Assembly: GCA_029242825.1 (NCBI GenBank)
Contig: JAQWTF010000004.1
Location: 571 to 64,570 of the forward strand
DNA from: Flavobacteriaceae bacterium
GTDB taxonomy: Bacteria; Bacteroidota; Bacteroidia; Flavobacteriales; Flavobacteriaceae
Reading direction: 5' to 3'
Length of the DNA stretch: 64,000 nucleotides
Below, piece after piece: positions 20,423-31,540 of the stretch (its first letter is position 1; each line of letters opens with the position of its first letter). Made by a program: the position numbers and the translations under genes. The notes below the pieces were generated by a model, which was not told the origin of the DNA, made no database searches, and saw only the letters and a program-made list of their open reading frames with translations.

Positions 20423-21577
20423 TTATCGAATTCTTTTTTTTCTGTTATTTTCATAGTCTTCAAAGATCATTCCGCCCAAGCCTTTCAAGCCAGTGTAAAA
20501 CGCCTTCCCTTTATTGGCTGCCGTAAATTCTTGGACAAACTGCATGAGGTATGGATCCTGAGCAATCATGAAAGTGGTGATGGGTATGTTTACTTTTTGT
20601 GCTTGTCTCGCCATTCTGTAACATTGATCTACAATATGTTGATCTAATCCAGATGAATTTTTATAATAAGAGCCATCCTTTAATTTGAGACAACTTGGCT
20701 TACCATCCGTGATCATGAAAATTTGCTTATTGGTATTGCGCTTTCTCCTAAGCATATCCATGGCCAAAGACAAGCCCGCGACCGTGTTGGTATGAAAAGG
20801 CCCTACTTTTAAGTATGGTAAATCTGCCACCGCTATGGGCCAGGCGTCATTGCCAAAAACCAAGATTTCAAGACTGTCTTTAGGATAGCGTGTGGTGATC
20901 ATTTCTGCCAAAGCCATGGCCACCTTTTTAGCAGGGGTAATTCTATCTTCCCCATAAAGAATCATGCTGTGGCTAATATCTATCATCAGGACTGTACTCA
21001 TTTGTGCTGCATGATGAGACTCTTTAACCACAAGATCTTCTTCTCTTAATTCAAAAGATCCTATCCCATTATTGATCTGGGCATTTTTAAAGCTTTCAGT
21101 AATGTCTATAGAAGACATGGCATCTCCAAATTGAAAGGCCCTCAGATCTCCAGAGGGTTCTTCTCCCATTCCAATTTTTGGTGTTTTATGGTTTCCAGAA
21201 CCTGCCTTCTTAAGCGTGCCAAATATTTGATCCAAAGCGTGTTGCCTAATTAACCTTTCCATCTTAGCGGTAAGGGAAACGACCCTTTTGGCAGATTCAT
21301 CTCCATTTTCACCAGAGTTCTCAGGATCATTAGGCTCTAAGGCCTCTTGAACATATCCTTTAGATTTGAGGTCTTCAATAAAGTCTTCTATGGTATATTC
21401 CGGAGTGGTGAGCTCGTATTCCTTATCGAGTTCTCTAAGCCAATCAATGGCTTCGTCAAAGTCACCTGAGGTGTGGGTAATGAGCTCTTTGAATATTTCA
21501 AAAAGTCGCTCAAAAGGTGTTTGGTTTGGCGCTTTATAGGGAGTAAAACGAAAACCTAATGTCTTGCGATTTGCCAT
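20423..21577 (-). CDS. VWA domain protein
   Basis: MIDAS motif DISHS, HTNT, ITDG; abuts the AAA+ gene. Confidence 0.88.
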   Translation of the reverse strand: MANRKTLGFRFTPYKAPNQTPFERLFEIFKELITHTSGDFDEAIDWLRELDKEYELTTPEYTIEDFIEDLKSKGYVQEALEPNDPENSGENGDESAKRVVSLTAKMERLIRQHALDQIFGTLKKAGSGNHKTPKIGMGEEPSGDLRAFQFGDAMSSIDITESFKNAQINNGIGSFELREEDLVVKESHHAAQMSTVLMIDISHSMILYGEDRITPAKKVAMALAEMITTRYPKDSLEILVFGNDAWPIAVADLPYLKVGPFHTNTVAGLSLAMDMLRRKRNTNKQIFMITDGKPSCLKLKDGSYYKNSSGLDQHIVDQCYRMARQAQKVNIPITTFMIAQDPYLMQFVQEFTAANKGKAFYTGLKGLGGMIFEDYENNRKKRIR

Positions 21578-21643
21578 ATCTAAAAATACTACAAATCACA
21601 GATATTATAAAGCCTTTTTAAAGGAATTAAAAAGCGTTTAACA

Positions 21644-22249
21644 TCATTTTTGTCTAGAGGCTAAACGTTCAACAACTTCTGCTAAACTAGTCTCTTTTGC
21701 GTGTAACAACATTAGATAATGGAACAAAAGGTCCGAAGACTCCTCTAAAAATAATTCTCGGTTATTGTCCATGGCTTCGATCACAACTTCTACCGCTTCT
21801 TCTCCCACTTTTTGAGCAATTTTATTAATGCCTTTCTCAAATAAACTCGCCACATAACTTTGATCTCCATTAGCATTAGAAACCCTTGAAACAATGGTCT
21901 CTTCTAAAGTGGTTAAAAAGCCATAAGTAGGGGTGTTGGCTTTATTCCAACAACTATCTGATCCCTTATGGCAAGTAGGCCCCTCTGGGTGCACTTGTAT
22001 TAATAACGTGTCATTATCACAATCTACAGCAATGTCTACAAGATTCAAAAAATGGCCACTCTCCTCACCTTTTGTCCATAAACGCTTTTTTGAACGACTG
22101 TAAAAGGTCACTTTTTTTGTTTGAGTGGTTTGTGTGAATGCCTCCTGGTTCATATAGCCCAACATGAGTACATTTTTGGTCTCGGCATCTTGGATAATTG
22201 CTGGAACCAAACCGTCTGAATGTTTTGAAAAATCTATGTTCATCTGCAT
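21644..22249 (-). CDS. hisIE: Phosphoribosyl-AMP cyclohydrolase / phosphoribosyl-ATP pyrophosphatase
   Basis: LWTKGEESG, DCDND, CHKG..SC, KVGEEAVE, DLLFH. Confidence 0.97.
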   Translation of the reverse strand: MQMNIDFSKHSDGLVPAIIQDAETKNVLMLGYMNQEAFTQTTQTKKVTFYSRSKKRLWTKGEESGHFLNLVDIAVDCDNDTLLIQVHPEGPTCHKGSDSCWNKANTPTYGFLTTLEETIVSRVSNANGDQSYVASLFEKGINKIAQKVGEEAVEVVIEAMDNNRELFLEESSDLLFHYLMLLHAKETSLAEVVERLASRQK

Positions 22250-22252
22250 TAT

Positions 22253-23008
22253 TTAAAGTCTAACTGGTATATTTTTATCTTTTAAAAAAGTCTTTAATGC
22301 TGGAATACCTATTTCTCCGTAATGGAAAATACTAGCTGCAAGTGCGGCATCGGCTTTACCGAAGGTAAAGCTATTATAGAAATCTTCCATATTCCCAGCA
22401 CCACCAGAGGCAATAATAGGAATATTAACACTTTCTGCCATTTTGGCTAAGGCTTCATTGGCAAAACCACTTTTTGTACCGTCATGATCCATGGAGGTAA
22501 ACAAAATTTCTCCAGCCCCTAGTTGTTCTGCTTGCTTTGCCCAATCGAATAAATCTAGATCCGTTGCTTGCTTTCCACCAACTAAATGAACCAACCACTG
22601 ATCACCAACCTTTTTGGCATCTATGGCCACTACCACACACTGTGCCCCAAAAGCTTCTGACAATTCTTTAATAAGCGCTGGCCGCCTTACGGCCGACGAG
22701 TTAATGGATACTTTATCTGCCCCATTCTTAAGTAGTATTTCTACGTCTGCAACACTGCTAATACCTCCCCCAACAGTAAAAGGAATGTCTACAGCTGCTG
22801 CTACCTGGAGCACCAAATCTGCCATGGTTTTCCGTCCCTGCTCTGTAGCAGAAATATCTAAAAAAACGAGTTCATCTGCACCTGTCGCAGCGTATTTAGT
22901 GGCTAGTTCTACAGGGTCTCCTGCATCTCTAAGGGACACGAAATTAACTCCCTTTACCGTACGCCCATCTTTTATATCCAGGCAAGGAATGATTCTTTTA
23001 GTTAACAT
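22253..23008 (-). CDS. hisF: Imidazole glycerol phosphate synthase cyclase subunit
   Basis: [32 protein letters not shown]. Confidence 0.97.
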   Translation of the reverse strand: MLTKRIIPCLDIKDGRTVKGVNFVSLRDAGDPVELATKYAATGADELVFLDISATEQGRKTMADLVLQVAAAVDIPFTVGGGISSVADVEILLKNGADKVSINSSAVRRPALIKELSEAFGAQCVVVAIDAKKVGDQWLVHLVGGKQATDLDLFDWAKQAEQLGAGEILFTSMDHDGTKSGFANEALAKMAESVNIPIIASGGAGNMEDFYNSFTFGKADAALAASIFHYGEIGIPALKTFLKDKNIPVRL

Positions 23009-23736
23009 GTTGGCGTATTTAAAATAAACTGTTCTATCTCTTTTAAAGAGATTCTATCTTCATATATCGCTTTTCCAACAATGGCACCGTCACAGCCCAC
23101 AGCACTCAGGTCATAAAGGTCTTGAAGTTTTGCAACGCCTCCACTAGCAATGAGTTTTATGTCTTTTAGTTCTCTGATCATTTTTTCATATAAAGCGATA
23201 GAAGGACCTTCAAGCATACCATCTTTAGAAATATCTGTACAGATAACATCTGATATGCCTTTTGTCATATAATTAGCTACATAAGGAATTAAGTCTTCTT
23301 TAGATGTTTCTAACCAACCAGAAATAGCTATTTTTTCATTGGCCGCGTCTGCCCCTAGTATAATTTTATGCGCCCCATAGGTCTTGATCCAAGATAAAAA
23401 GCGTTGGGGATCCTTCACTGCAATACTGCCTCCAGTAATTTGCTTGGCACCTGATTCAAAGGCTATTTTAAGGTCTTGGTCTGTTTTAAGCCCTCCGCCA
23501 AAATCGATCTTTAAATTTGTTTTGGTCGCTAAGGTTTCCAAAACTTTGTGATTCACAATACCCTGAGATTTAGCACCGTCTAGATCTACTAAATGTAGGT
23601 ATTCTACTCCGTGGTCTTGAAATGACTTAGCTACCTCCAAAGGGTCATTGGAATAAATTTTTGCCGTGTTGTAATCTCCTTTCGAAAGTCTTACACATTG
23701 ACCATTAATAATATCTATAGCGGGTATTATTCTCAT
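23002..23736 (-). CDS. hisA: ProFAR isomerase
   Basis: [26 protein letters not shown]. Confidence 0.97.
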   Translation of the reverse strand: MRIIPAIDIINGQCVRLSKGDYNTAKIYSNDPLEVAKSFQDHGVEYLHLVDLDGAKSQGIVNHKVLETLATKTNLKIDFGGGLKTDQDLKIAFESGAKQITGGSIAVKDPQRFLSWIKTYGAHKIILGADAANEKIAISGWLETSKEDLIPYVANYMTKGISDVICTDISKDGMLEGPSIALYEKMIRELKDIKLIASGGVAKLQDLYDLSAVGCDGAIVGKAIYEDRISLKEIEQFILNTPTC

Positions 23737-23737
23737 T

Positions 23738-24319
23738 TTATAGGGCTAAAAAGTTTTCTAAAATTTTATTTCCAACAGTACTGCTCTTCTCTGGGTGAAA
23801 CTGTGTGCCAAAAAAGTTGTCTTTGGCCAAAGCGGCACTATAGGGAATATCATACTGACAAACAGCAATGGTCTCCGAAGACAAGCCAGCATAATAGGAA
23901 TGAACCATATAAATATAAGCGTCCTCTTCAATTCCATTGAAAAGGGGACCCTTCAATTGCGCAATGCTATTCCACCCTATATGAGGTACTTTTAGCTTTT
24001 TTTCAAATGCACTTACTTCCACATCAAAAATGCCCAATCCTTTTGTATTGCCTTCCTCTGAACGGTTACACATCAGCTGCATGCCCAAACATATACCCAA
24101 AACTGGTTGTGTTAGCTGGGGTAACAATTGATCTACCCCACTGGCTTGTAGCTTTTCCATAGCAGCAGCGGCATGACCTACTCCTGGAAAAATAACCTTA
24201 TCTGCTTTTTCTATGACTGTTAAATCATGGGACAAAAGCGCTTTTACACCCTGTCTTTCTAAAGCAAATAATACACTTTGAATATTACCTGCACCGTAAT
24301 CTACTATGACTATATTCAT
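23738..24319 (-). CDS. hisH: Imidazole glycerol phosphate synthase glutaminase subunit
   Basis: PGVG, GICLGMQ, PHIGWN, QFHPEKS. Confidence 0.97.
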   Translation of the reverse strand: MNIVIVDYGAGNIQSVLFALERQGVKALLSHDLTVIEKADKVIFPGVGHAAAAMEKLQASGVDQLLPQLTQPVLGICLGMQLMCNRSEEGNTKGLGIFDVEVSAFEKKLKVPHIGWNSIAQLKGPLFNGIEEDAYIYMVHSYYAGLSSETIAVCQYDIPYSAALAKDNFFGTQFHPEKSSTVGNKILENFLAL

Positions 24320-25452
24320 TATAAAACACCTTTGGTTGAGGGTAAAAATAATTTGTCCGGATCTCTTTTAATCGCCATTTTTATGGCCTTGGCAAAGGCT
24401 TTAAAAATAGCCTCAATCTTGTGGTGCTCATTTTGCCCGGTCGCTTTTATATTTAAATTGGCTTTTGCGCCATCTGAAAAGGATTTAAAAAAATGCACAA
24501 ACATTTCAGTAGGCATTTTACCGATCATTTCACGTTTAAATTCAGCCTCCCAGACCAACCAATTTCTACCTCCAAAATCAATGGAAACATGCGCCTCACA
24601 GTCATCCATAGGTAGGCAGAATCCGTACCGCTCTACCCCAAGCTTATTTCCTAGTGCTTTGTGAAAAGCTTCTCCTAATGCAATAGCGGTGTCTTCAATG
24701 GTGTGGTGTTCATCTACTGCTAAGTCTCCTGTCACCACTATATCTAAATCTATCAATCCATGTCTGGACAACTGATCCAACATATGATCAAAAAAATCAA
24801 TCCCAGTTTTAATCCTTGAGGTGCCTGTACCGTCTAAATCCATCTCTATGGAAATTTGGGTCTCATGGGTATTACGCTCGAGGCTAACTTTGCGTTCTCC
24901 TGCCCTTAAAAAGCTATATATCTCACTCCATTCAGTAGTTTCCTTAGCAATAAAATCTTCTAAATCTTTCTGATTATCAGAGAGTTCTTCGCCGCCAAGA
25001 CCTACTTCTTGTCGCATAAAAATGGCTTTAGCACCAAGATTTTTAGCCAAAGCCACATCTGTTATTCTGTCACCAATCACAAAAGAATTCGCTAAGTCAT
25101 AAGATCCGTCCATATAAGCAGACAGCAATGCAGTCCCAGGCTTTCTGGTGGGTTTATTCTCACTGGCAAAGGTCTTGTCTATTATGACCTTAGAAAACAC
25201 CACACCCTCTCTTTCAAAACTGTCAATTATAAAATTTTGAACCGGCCAAAAGGTGTCTTCCGGAAATGAATCGGTCCCCAAACCGTCTTGATTAGAGACC
25301 ATGACCAATTCAAAATCTAATTCTCTAGCAATCTTGGCCAAATATTGAAAAACATAGGGATAAAAAACCAATTTCTCAAATGCGTCTATTTGATAATCTT
25401 CGGGTTCCTTGATTAAGGTGCCATCTCTGTCTATAAAAAGTATTTTTTTCAT
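24319..25452 (-). CDS. hisB: Bifunctional histidinol-phosphatase / IGP dehydratase
   Basis: N-terminal HAD motif FIDRDGT; C-terminal DEHHTIED and NEHHKIE. Confidence 0.97.
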   Translation of the reverse strand: MKKILFIDRDGTLIKEPEDYQIDAFEKLVFYPYVFQYLAKIARELDFELVMVSNQDGLGTDSFPEDTFWPVQNFIIDSFEREGVVFSKVIIDKTFASENKPTRKPGTALLSAYMDGSYDLANSFVIGDRITDVALAKNLGAKAIFMRQEVGLGGEELSDNQKDLEDFIAKETTEWSEIYSFLRAGERKVSLERNTHETQISIEMDLDGTGTSRIKTGIDFFDHMLDQLSRHGLIDLDIVVTGDLAVDEHHTIEDTAIALGEAFHKALGNKLGVERYGFCLPMDDCEAHVSIDFGGRNWLVWEAEFKREMIGKMPTEMFVHFFKSFSDGAKANLNIKATGQNEHHKIEAIFKAFAKAIKMAIKRDPDKLFLPSTKGVL

Positions 25453-26504
25453 GACAATGTATAAAGGGTTTCTATGAGTTTTTTATTTTCATCTGGGGTA
25501 CCTACTGTAAACCTTAGGGTGTTTTCACAATGAAGCTGTTTAGACCTGTTTCTAACCACAATACCCTGGTCTAATAATTGGCGGTATCTCAGATCTGCAT
25601 GATCTACTCTGGCCAGCACAAAATTGGCTTCTGAAGGAAATACTTCTTTTACAAAGGGAAGTTCCTTTAGAGCATTTTCGAGGACTTTTCTTTGTGCTAC
25701 AATCAGATTTACTTCGCTCTGGATTCGTTCTCCTTGCTCCAATCGCTCTAGTGCCTTTGATTGAGTGAGTTCATTGACATTGTAGGGCGGTTTAATTTTG
25801 TGCAGTAAATTTATAATTTCTGGAGAAGCCATGAGCATACCCAATCGAATACCAGCTAAACCATAGGCTTTAGAAAGTGTTTGAATCACCACCAGATTAG
25901 GAAAATCTGACAGTCTGTTCGCCCAACTTGGTGTATCTGTGAAATCTATATAAGCCTCATCTACCACTACCAAACCCTTAAAAGTATTCAGAATTTCTTC
26001 TATATGAATGCGATCCATAAGGTTTCCACTAGGATTGTTGGGACTACAGATAAACAGTATTTTAGTTGCTGTGAAAGCATGACTTCTATACTGTTCCATG
26101 TCTATTTCAAAGGCAGTTGTGAGCGGTATTTCGTGCACTTGAACACTATTGATTCCTGCTAAAACGCCATACATACCATAGGTGGGTGGAAAAGTAATTA
26201 CAGCGTCCTGATTGGGCTCACAGAAGGCGCGGAATAATAAATCCAGTACTTCATCACTACCGTTCCCAAACAGCAATTGGTTTTCAGGTAGATTTTTTAA
26301 AGAAGCCACACTGCTGCGGAGCGACCTTTGTAAAGGGTCCGGATACCTATTGACCCCTGTCTCATTGGGATTTTCGTTGGCATCTAAAAACACCATCTGA
26401 GTCCCATTAGACACATATTCGTCTCTAGCAGAGGTATATGGAGCCAATGATTTCACGTTCTCTCTACAGAGGCTCAGGGGATTAAATTCGCTTTTATTCT
26501 CCAT
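25449..26504 (-). CDS. hisC: Histidinol-phosphate aminotransferase
   Basis: [32 protein letters not shown]. Confidence 0.97.
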   Translation of the reverse strand: MENKSEFNPLSLCRENVKSLAPYTSARDEYVSNGTQMVFLDANENPNETGVNRYPDPLQRSLRSSVASLKNLPENQLLFGNGSDEVLDLLFRAFCEPNQDAVITFPPTYGMYGVLAGINSVQVHEIPLTTAFEIDMEQYRSHAFTATKILFICSPNNPSGNLMDRIHIEEILNTFKGLVVVDEAYIDFTDTPSWANRLSDFPNLVVIQTLSKAYGLAGIRLGMLMASPEIINLLHKIKPPYNVNELTQSKALERLEQGERIQSEVNLIVAQRKVLENALKELPFVKEVFPSEANFVLARVDHADLRYRQLLDQGIVVRNRSKQLHCENTLRFTVGTPDENKKLIETLYTLS

Positions 26505-27786
26505 CTCTCAAATCGTTTAAGCGAATGCTTACCGCATTTTTATGAGCGTCTAAGCCTTCTGCAGCAGCCATTAATTCAATACTCTTTCCTAAGGATTGTA
26601 AGCCTTTTGCAGTCAATTTCTGAAAACTAATACTATTTAAAAAAGCATCTAAATTAACCCCACTATATTGTCTGGCATATCCGTTGGTCGGTAGGGTATG
26701 ATTGGTTCCAGAAGCATAATCACCTGCACTTTCTGGACTGTAATTTCCTATAAAAACTGAGCCTGCAGCGCTTAAGTGATCTAGGTAATAGGCTTCTTCT
26801 GAGACACACAATATGTAGTGTTCAGGGGCATATTGGTTAATTAAGGACACCGCAGCTTCTTTAGTTTCCAGAAAAATCATTTTACTGTTCTCCAAAGCTT
26901 TACTAGCAATCTCTTTTCTAGATAATACCGCACATTGAGCCATTAATTCTTGGCTTACTTCTTCAATGAGTGGCTCATAGGTAGTTACAAAAATAACCTG
27001 ACTGTCTGGACCGTGCTCTGCTTGAGAAAGTAAATCGGATGCAATGTAGGAAGCCTTGGCTGTTTGGTCTGCCATCACAAGTAACTCACTAGGACCTGCG
27101 GGCATATCTATGGCTACGTCATATCTAGTAGCCCATTGTTTGGCCACGGTAACATATTGATTACCTGGTCCAAAAATTTTATAGACTTTGGGTACCTGAA
27201 CAGTACCAAAAGTCATGGCGGCTATGGCTTGAATACCGCCAATTTTAAATATTTTGGTGACCCCACACAAAGCAGCTGTATATAAAATAGCTGGGTGTAC
27301 GGCACCTGATTTGTCTGGAGGGGTACACAACACAATCTCTTTACAACCGGCAATTTGTGCTGGAATGGCCAACATTAAAATAGTAGAAAATAGCGGTGCA
27401 GAGCCCCCTGGAATATAGATACCTACTTTTTCAATAGGCCTTTTTTCCTGCCAGCAGTGCACTCCTGCGATATTTTCAACAGATACCTTAGGAGTTATTT
27501 GTGCCCGGTGAAAAGCTGTTATTTGATCTTTTGCTTGAATAATGGCTTGTTGCAACTCAGGGGATACTAGTTGCTTTGCATCTTCAATTTCTTTTGTAGA
27601 GACCTTATAATCGCTTAAAGACACACCGTCAAATTTCTCTGTAAATTGGGCAATAGCCTTGTCTCCATTGGCTTTAACACTCTTGAAAACATCAGAAACA
27701 ATCGGTTCAATATCTTGATAGGAAGCGGTAGGTCTTTTTAGAATGTCTTCCCATTCTATCTTTATAGGATTTTTATATACATTCAT
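26494..27786 (-). CDS. hisD: Histidinol dehydrogenase
   Basis: GPGNQYV, DMPAGPSE, SQAEH, APEH, SGTNHTLPT. Confidence 0.97.
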   Translation of the reverse strand: MNVYKNPIKIEWEDILKRPTASYQDIEPIVSDVFKSVKANGDKAIAQFTEKFDGVSLSDYKVSTKEIEDAKQLVSPELQQAIIQAKDQITAFHRAQITPKVSVENIAGVHCWQEKRPIEKVGIYIPGGSAPLFSTILMLAIPAQIAGCKEIVLCTPPDKSGAVHPAILYTAALCGVTKIFKIGGIQAIAAMTFGTVQVPKVYKIFGPGNQYVTVAKQWATRYDVAIDMPAGPSELLVMADQTAKASYIASDLLSQAEHGPDSQVIFVTTYEPLIEEVSQELMAQCAVLSRKEIASKALENSKMIFLETKEAAVSLINQYAPEHYILCVSEEAYYLDHLSAAGSVFIGNYSPESAGDYASGTNHTLPTNGYARQYSGVNLDAFLNSISFQKLTAKGLQSLGKSIELMAAAEGLDAHKNAVSIRLNDLRDGE

Positions 27787-27787
27787 A

Positions 27788-28648
27788 TTACAAAACCATT
27801 TTCTCTATTGGGCACACTAAAATACTTTCTGCACCTGCTAATTTTAACAAATCTATTACTTCCCAAAAAGAATCTTTCTGAATGACCGTATGCACAGAGC
27901 TCCATCCCACTTCTGCTAAGGGTAGCACTGTGGGGCTTTTCATTCCAGGAAGTATGTTCAACACAGCATCTAATTTTTCATTAGGCACATTGAGTAATAC
28001 GTATTTAGATTCTCTAGCCCTCAAGACTGATTTAATTCTAAAGACAAGCTTTTCTAAAATAGGCCTAACTTCTGAAGATAGTTCAGGTGAAACCGCTAAA
28101 ACAGCCTCACTTTTTAAAATAACATCTACCTCTTTGAGGTTGTTTTTAAACAGGGTACTACCGCTAGAGACAATATCACAGATGGCGTCTGCCAAGCCAA
28201 TATTAGGAGCTATCTCCACAGATCCATTGATTAAATGTATGTCTGCATGAATACCATTTTTTTTCAAATAAGATTGAACAGTATTAGGGTATGAAGTGGC
28301 AATCTTTATTCCATCAAAATCTTTCACCCCATTATAGAGGGTCTCTTTAGGAATGGCCATAGATACTTTACATTTAGAAAATCCTAATTTCTCTGCAATA
28401 GCAATGCCCTCTCCCTTTTCAATAAGAACATTCTCCCCAATAATGGCAATGTCTACCACACCGTCTTTAAGGTATTGTGGAATGTCTCCATTTCTTAGGT
28501 AAAAGACCTCTAAGTCAAAATTTCTGGCCATGGCTTTTAATTGGTCTTTTCCATTGTCTATAGAAATTCCACATGCCTTCAATAAATCAATAGAGTCGTC
28601 GTGTAAACGTCCACTCTTTTGAATCGCAATTTTAAGTCTGTTCTTCAT
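27788..28648 (-). CDS. hisG: ATP phosphoribosyltransferase (long form)
   Basis: IAIQKSGRL, GSVEIAP, DIVSSGSTL, C-terminal regulatory domain; start placed at ATG 28648 because the longer ORF begins inside the attenuator. Confidence 0.97.
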   Translation of the reverse strand: MKNRLKIAIQKSGRLHDDSIDLLKACGISIDNGKDQLKAMARNFDLEVFYLRNGDIPQYLKDGVVDIAIIGENVLIEKGEGIAIAEKLGFSKCKVSMAIPKETLYNGVKDFDGIKIATSYPNTVQSYLKKNGIHADIHLINGSVEIAPNIGLADAICDIVSSGSTLFKNNLKEVDVILKSEAVLAVSPELSSEVRPILEKLVFRIKSVLRARESKYVLLNVPNEKLDAVLNILPGMKSPTVLPLAEVGWSSVHTVIQKDSFWEVIDLLKLAGAESILVCPIEKMVL

Positions 28649-28660
28649 AATTATTTTAAT

Positions 28661-28698
28661 AAAAAAATAAAAACCCGTTTGATTGCTCAAACGGGTTT
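28661..28698 (-). terminator. his operon attenuator terminator
   Basis: Minus strand AAACCCGTTTGA-gcaa-TCAAACGGGTTT followed by TTATTTTTTT. Confidence 0.9.
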
Positions 28699-28726
28699 CA
28701 ATATGGTTGTTAACAACAATACATCA

Positions 28727-28780
28727 TTACCTCGCCTGAGCGCAGTATATAATATGATGATGTGTATGAGTTTGTGTCAT
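28727..28780 (-). CDS. hisL: his operon leader peptide MTQTHTHHHIIYCAQAR
   Basis: 17-codon ORF with 4 His codons upstream of the terminator; its 3' part GCTCAGGCGAGG can pair with CCCGTTTGAGC as antiterminator. Confidence 0.88.
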   Translation of the reverse strand: MTQTHTHHHIIYCAQAR

Positions 28781-28790
28781 AATTAAAGTA

Positions 28791-28798
28791 CAAAAGTA
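28791..28798 (-). promoter_or_regulatory. Bacteroidota -7 promoter element for the his leader
   Basis: TACTTTTG on the minus strand, matches TAnnTTTG, 10 nt before the leader ATG. Confidence 0.75.
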
Positions 28799-28905
28799 AT
28801 CAATTCCTTTAAATTGGCATGAGATAATTAAATAGTTTTTAAAATATCACAAACCCCTAAATCCTTGTGAAAAATATTTCAAAAGGGGTGCCTTTGAAAA
28901 TAGAT

Positions 28906-29721
28906 TTAGTTATTTCCTAAAATAATAGGCATTCCTGAATCTCCACCACCAATGACAATCACTTTTGAATTTGGCGATTCAGATAATTTAATAGTAGCTT
29001 CAATCCCTTTATCCTGTAAAATTTTATCTGTGAGAGAAGCACTCAGAATTCTGTTAGCGTCTGCTTTACCCTGTGCCTCAATAATCTGACGCTCGGCCTC
29101 TTTTGCTGCTGTGATCAATTTAAACTCATACTCCAAAGACTCCTGTTCTTGCTTTAGTTTACTCTCAATAGCGGTTTTAATAGTCGCTGGCAAGGTAACA
29201 TCTCTAACAAGAACCTCATTTAATTGAATGTACTGCCCATCTACAATTTTCTTGGTCTCTTCAAAAATCTCTGCTTGAATCGCATCCCTTTTACTAGAGT
29301 ATAATTGTTCTGGAGTATACCTACCCACTACAGAACGAGCAGCAGATCTAATGGTAGGCAACAATACTCTTTGTACATAAGCTTCTCCCTTCTCTTGGTG
29401 TAATTTTCCTAAAAATTCATATTTAGGCTCAAACCAAGCTGAGGCATCTAACTTTATTTCCAATCCATTAGAAGAAAGCACTTGCATTTTTTCAAATACT
29501 TCTTGCTGACGCACTTCATAAATGAACACTTTGTTCCATGGGGCAATCACATGAAAACCCTCTCCTAAAGGCGGTTCATCTGTTACTACACCATTTCCAA
29601 AGGTCTTATAAAGTACTCCTGCCCTACCTGAACCTATTGTCAAAGTAGATTTAGAAACAAAAACGATTAATACAATAAATAAAATAACAAGTGGCATGGC
29701 CACTTTAGGCAACTTGTCCAT
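28906..29721 (-). CDS. SPFH / prohibitin family membrane protein
   Basis: N-terminal TM, GEGFH.IAPW, RSAARSV, coiled-coil AEREAQG.ADA-type tail. Confidence 0.9.
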   Translation of the reverse strand: MDKLPKVAMPLVILFIVLIVFVSKSTLTIGSGRAGVLYKTFGNGVVTDEPPLGEGFHVIAPWNKVFIYEVRQQEVFEKMQVLSSNGLEIKLDASAWFEPKYEFLGKLHQEKGEAYVQRVLLPTIRSAARSVVGRYTPEQLYSSKRDAIQAEIFEETKKIVDGQYIQLNEVLVRDVTLPATIKTAIESKLKQEQESLEYEFKLITAAKEAERQIIEAQGKADANRILSASLTDKILQDKGIEATIKLSESPNSKVIVIGGGDSGMPIILGNN

Positions 29722-29761
29722 AATTGATAATTTTTAATAAAGGTACAATAAAAATGTACGT

Positions 29762-30508
29762 TTAGGTTAGCATTCCACCATCTACATTTAAAACCTGACC
29801 AGTGACATAAGCAGATAAATCAGAAGCCAAAAACACACATGCGTTGGCTACATCTTCAGGACTTCCTCCTCTTTTTAACGGAATGCCATCTCTCCATGAT
29901 TGCACCGTCTTCTCATCCAGTTTATCTGTCATTTCTGTTTCAATAAATCCCGGAGCAATGGCGTTACAGCGAATGTTTCTAGAACCCAATTCAAGGGCTA
30001 TAGATTTTGTAAATCCAATCATTCCTGCTTTAGACGCTGCATAATTAGATTGACCAGCATTTCCTTTAACCCCCACTACACTACTCATATTAATAATACT
30101 ACCAGAGCGTTGTTTTAGAAAAGTACGCTGGGCAGCTTTGGTCATATTAAATACAGATTTTAGGTTAATTTCCATCACTGCGTCAAAGTCTTCCTCCGAC
30201 ATGCGCATGAGAAGATTATCTTTAGTCACTCCTGCATTGTTAATTAAAATATCTATAGTGCCAAAATCTGCTACTACAGCAGTGATCAAAGCTTCTGCTT
30301 GTTCAAATTTTGAGGCATCGCTTTTGTAAGCTTTTGCTTTAACCCCCAATTGGGTTAATTCTTCTTCTAAAGCTAGCGCTGGTGCCTCACTTGAGGCATA
30401 TGTAAAAGCTACGTTGGCTCCGTGTGCTGCAAAAATTTTAGCAATTCCCATGCCAATACCTCTACTAGCACCAGTAATGATGGCTGTTTTGTTTTCTAAT
30501 AATTTCAT
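29762..30508 (-). CDS. fabG: 3-oxoacyl-ACP reductase
   Basis: TGASRGIG, NNAG, YAASK, PGFIETEM. Confidence 0.95.
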   Translation of the reverse strand: MKLLENKTAIITGASRGIGMGIAKIFAAHGANVAFTYASSEAPALALEEELTQLGVKAKAYKSDASKFEQAEALITAVVADFGTIDILINNAGVTKDNLLMRMSEEDFDAVMEINLKSVFNMTKAAQRTFLKQRSGSIINMSSVVGVKGNAGQSNYAASKAGMIGFTKSIALELGSRNIRCNAIAPGFIETEMTDKLDEKTVQSWRDGIPLKRGGSPEDVANACVFLASDLSAYVTGQVLNVDGGMLT

Positions 30509-30562
30509 GATAATGTATTAAATATATTGTGGTAAATATAATAGAAGTACCGAGCTTAGACC

Positions 30563-30590
30563 AAAAAAAATCCCGCAAAAAGCGGGATTT
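30563..30590 (-). terminator. Intrinsic terminator after sucD
   Basis: AAATCCCGC-(5 nt)-GCGGGATTT hairpin followed by a T-run on the minus strand. Confidence 0.88.
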
Positions 30591-30610
30591 AATATCACTT
30601 AGAATAAATA

Positions 30611-31483
30611 TTATCCAAGAACTTCTTTTACTTTCTTTCCAATTTCTGCGGGAGAATCTACTACGTGAATTCCAGAAGCTCTCATAATAGCTTTTTTAGC
30701 TTGTGCGGTGTCATCTGAACCACCAACTATAGCACCTGCATGTCCCATAGTTCTTCCAGCAGGAGCTGTTTCACCAGCAATAAAGCCAATGATTGGTTTT
30801 TTACTACCACTTTCCTTATACCATTTAGCTGCGTCTGCTTCTAATTGACCTCCTATTTCTCCAATCATTACAACTGCTTCAGTCTCTGGATCATTGATGA
30901 GTAATTCCACCGCTTCCTTTGTGGTAGTTCCAATGATTGGGTCTCCACCAATTCCAATTGCAGTAGTAATACCTAATCCTTGTCTTACGACCTGATCAGC
31001 TGCCTCGTACGTTAAGGTTCCAGACTTAGAAACAATACCCACGGTACCTTTCTTAAAAACAAAACCAGGCATAATACCTACTTTAGCTTCTCCAGGTGTG
31101 ATCACCCCAGGGCAGTTTGGTCCAATTAATCTGGTAGGCATATTTTTAATATAATCATTTACTTTTACCATATCTGCTACAGGAATCCCCTCAGTGATGG
31201 TAATGATTACTTTAATTCCTGCATCTGCCGCTTCCATAATGGCATCGGCCGCGAAGGCCGGAGGAACAAATAAAATAGAAGTGTCTGCGCCAACTTGAGA
31301 AACTGCATCTGAAACTGTATTGAAAACAGGTTTCCCTAAGTGGGTTTGTCCTCCTTTACCTGGAGTAACTCCTCCTACCAATTGCGTTCCGTATTCGATC
31401 ATTTGCTCCGCATGAAAAGTACCTTCTCCTCCTGTGAAACCTTGAACGATAATCTTTGAATCTTTATTGACTAAAACACTCAT
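30611..31483 (-). CDS. sucD: Succinyl-CoA synthetase alpha subunit
   Basis: [26 protein letters not shown] phospho-His motif. Confidence 0.97.
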   Translation of the reverse strand: MSVLVNKDSKIIVQGFTGGEGTFHAEQMIEYGTQLVGGVTPGKGGQTHLGKPVFNTVSDAVSQVGADTSILFVPPAFAADAIMEAADAGIKVIITITEGIPVADMVKVNDYIKNMPTRLIGPNCPGVITPGEAKVGIMPGFVFKKGTVGIVSKSGTLTYEAADQVVRQGLGITTAIGIGGDPIIGTTTKEAVELLINDPETEAVVMIGEIGGQLEADAAKWYKESGSKKPIIGFIAGETAPAGRTMGHAGAIVGGSDDTAQAKKAIMRASGIHVVDSPAEIGKKVKEVLG

Positions 31484-31540
31484 ATCTATATTTTAAAATT
31501 TTTAAGCAAAAATAGCCTTTTGTAAGGGAAAATTAAAAAT

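Noticed and set aside
28649-28690. N-terminal extension of hisG in the ORF track (and similar extensions of menB, porX, HD protein, aroB, folE, M14)
   Set aside because: These extensions run through attenuator or promoter elements or overlap neighbouring genes; downstream starts fit the protein families better.
28876-28901. TTTCAAAAGG-ggtg-CCTTTGAAA hairpin after the SPFH gene
   Set aside because: Imperfect, AT-rich stem with a poor U-tract; may be a weak terminator but not supportable.
30508-30540. TTGTGGTAAAT resembling the XerD arm of a dif site
   Set aside because: No matching XerC arm at the 6-bp spacing; it lies in the AT-rich fabG promoter region.
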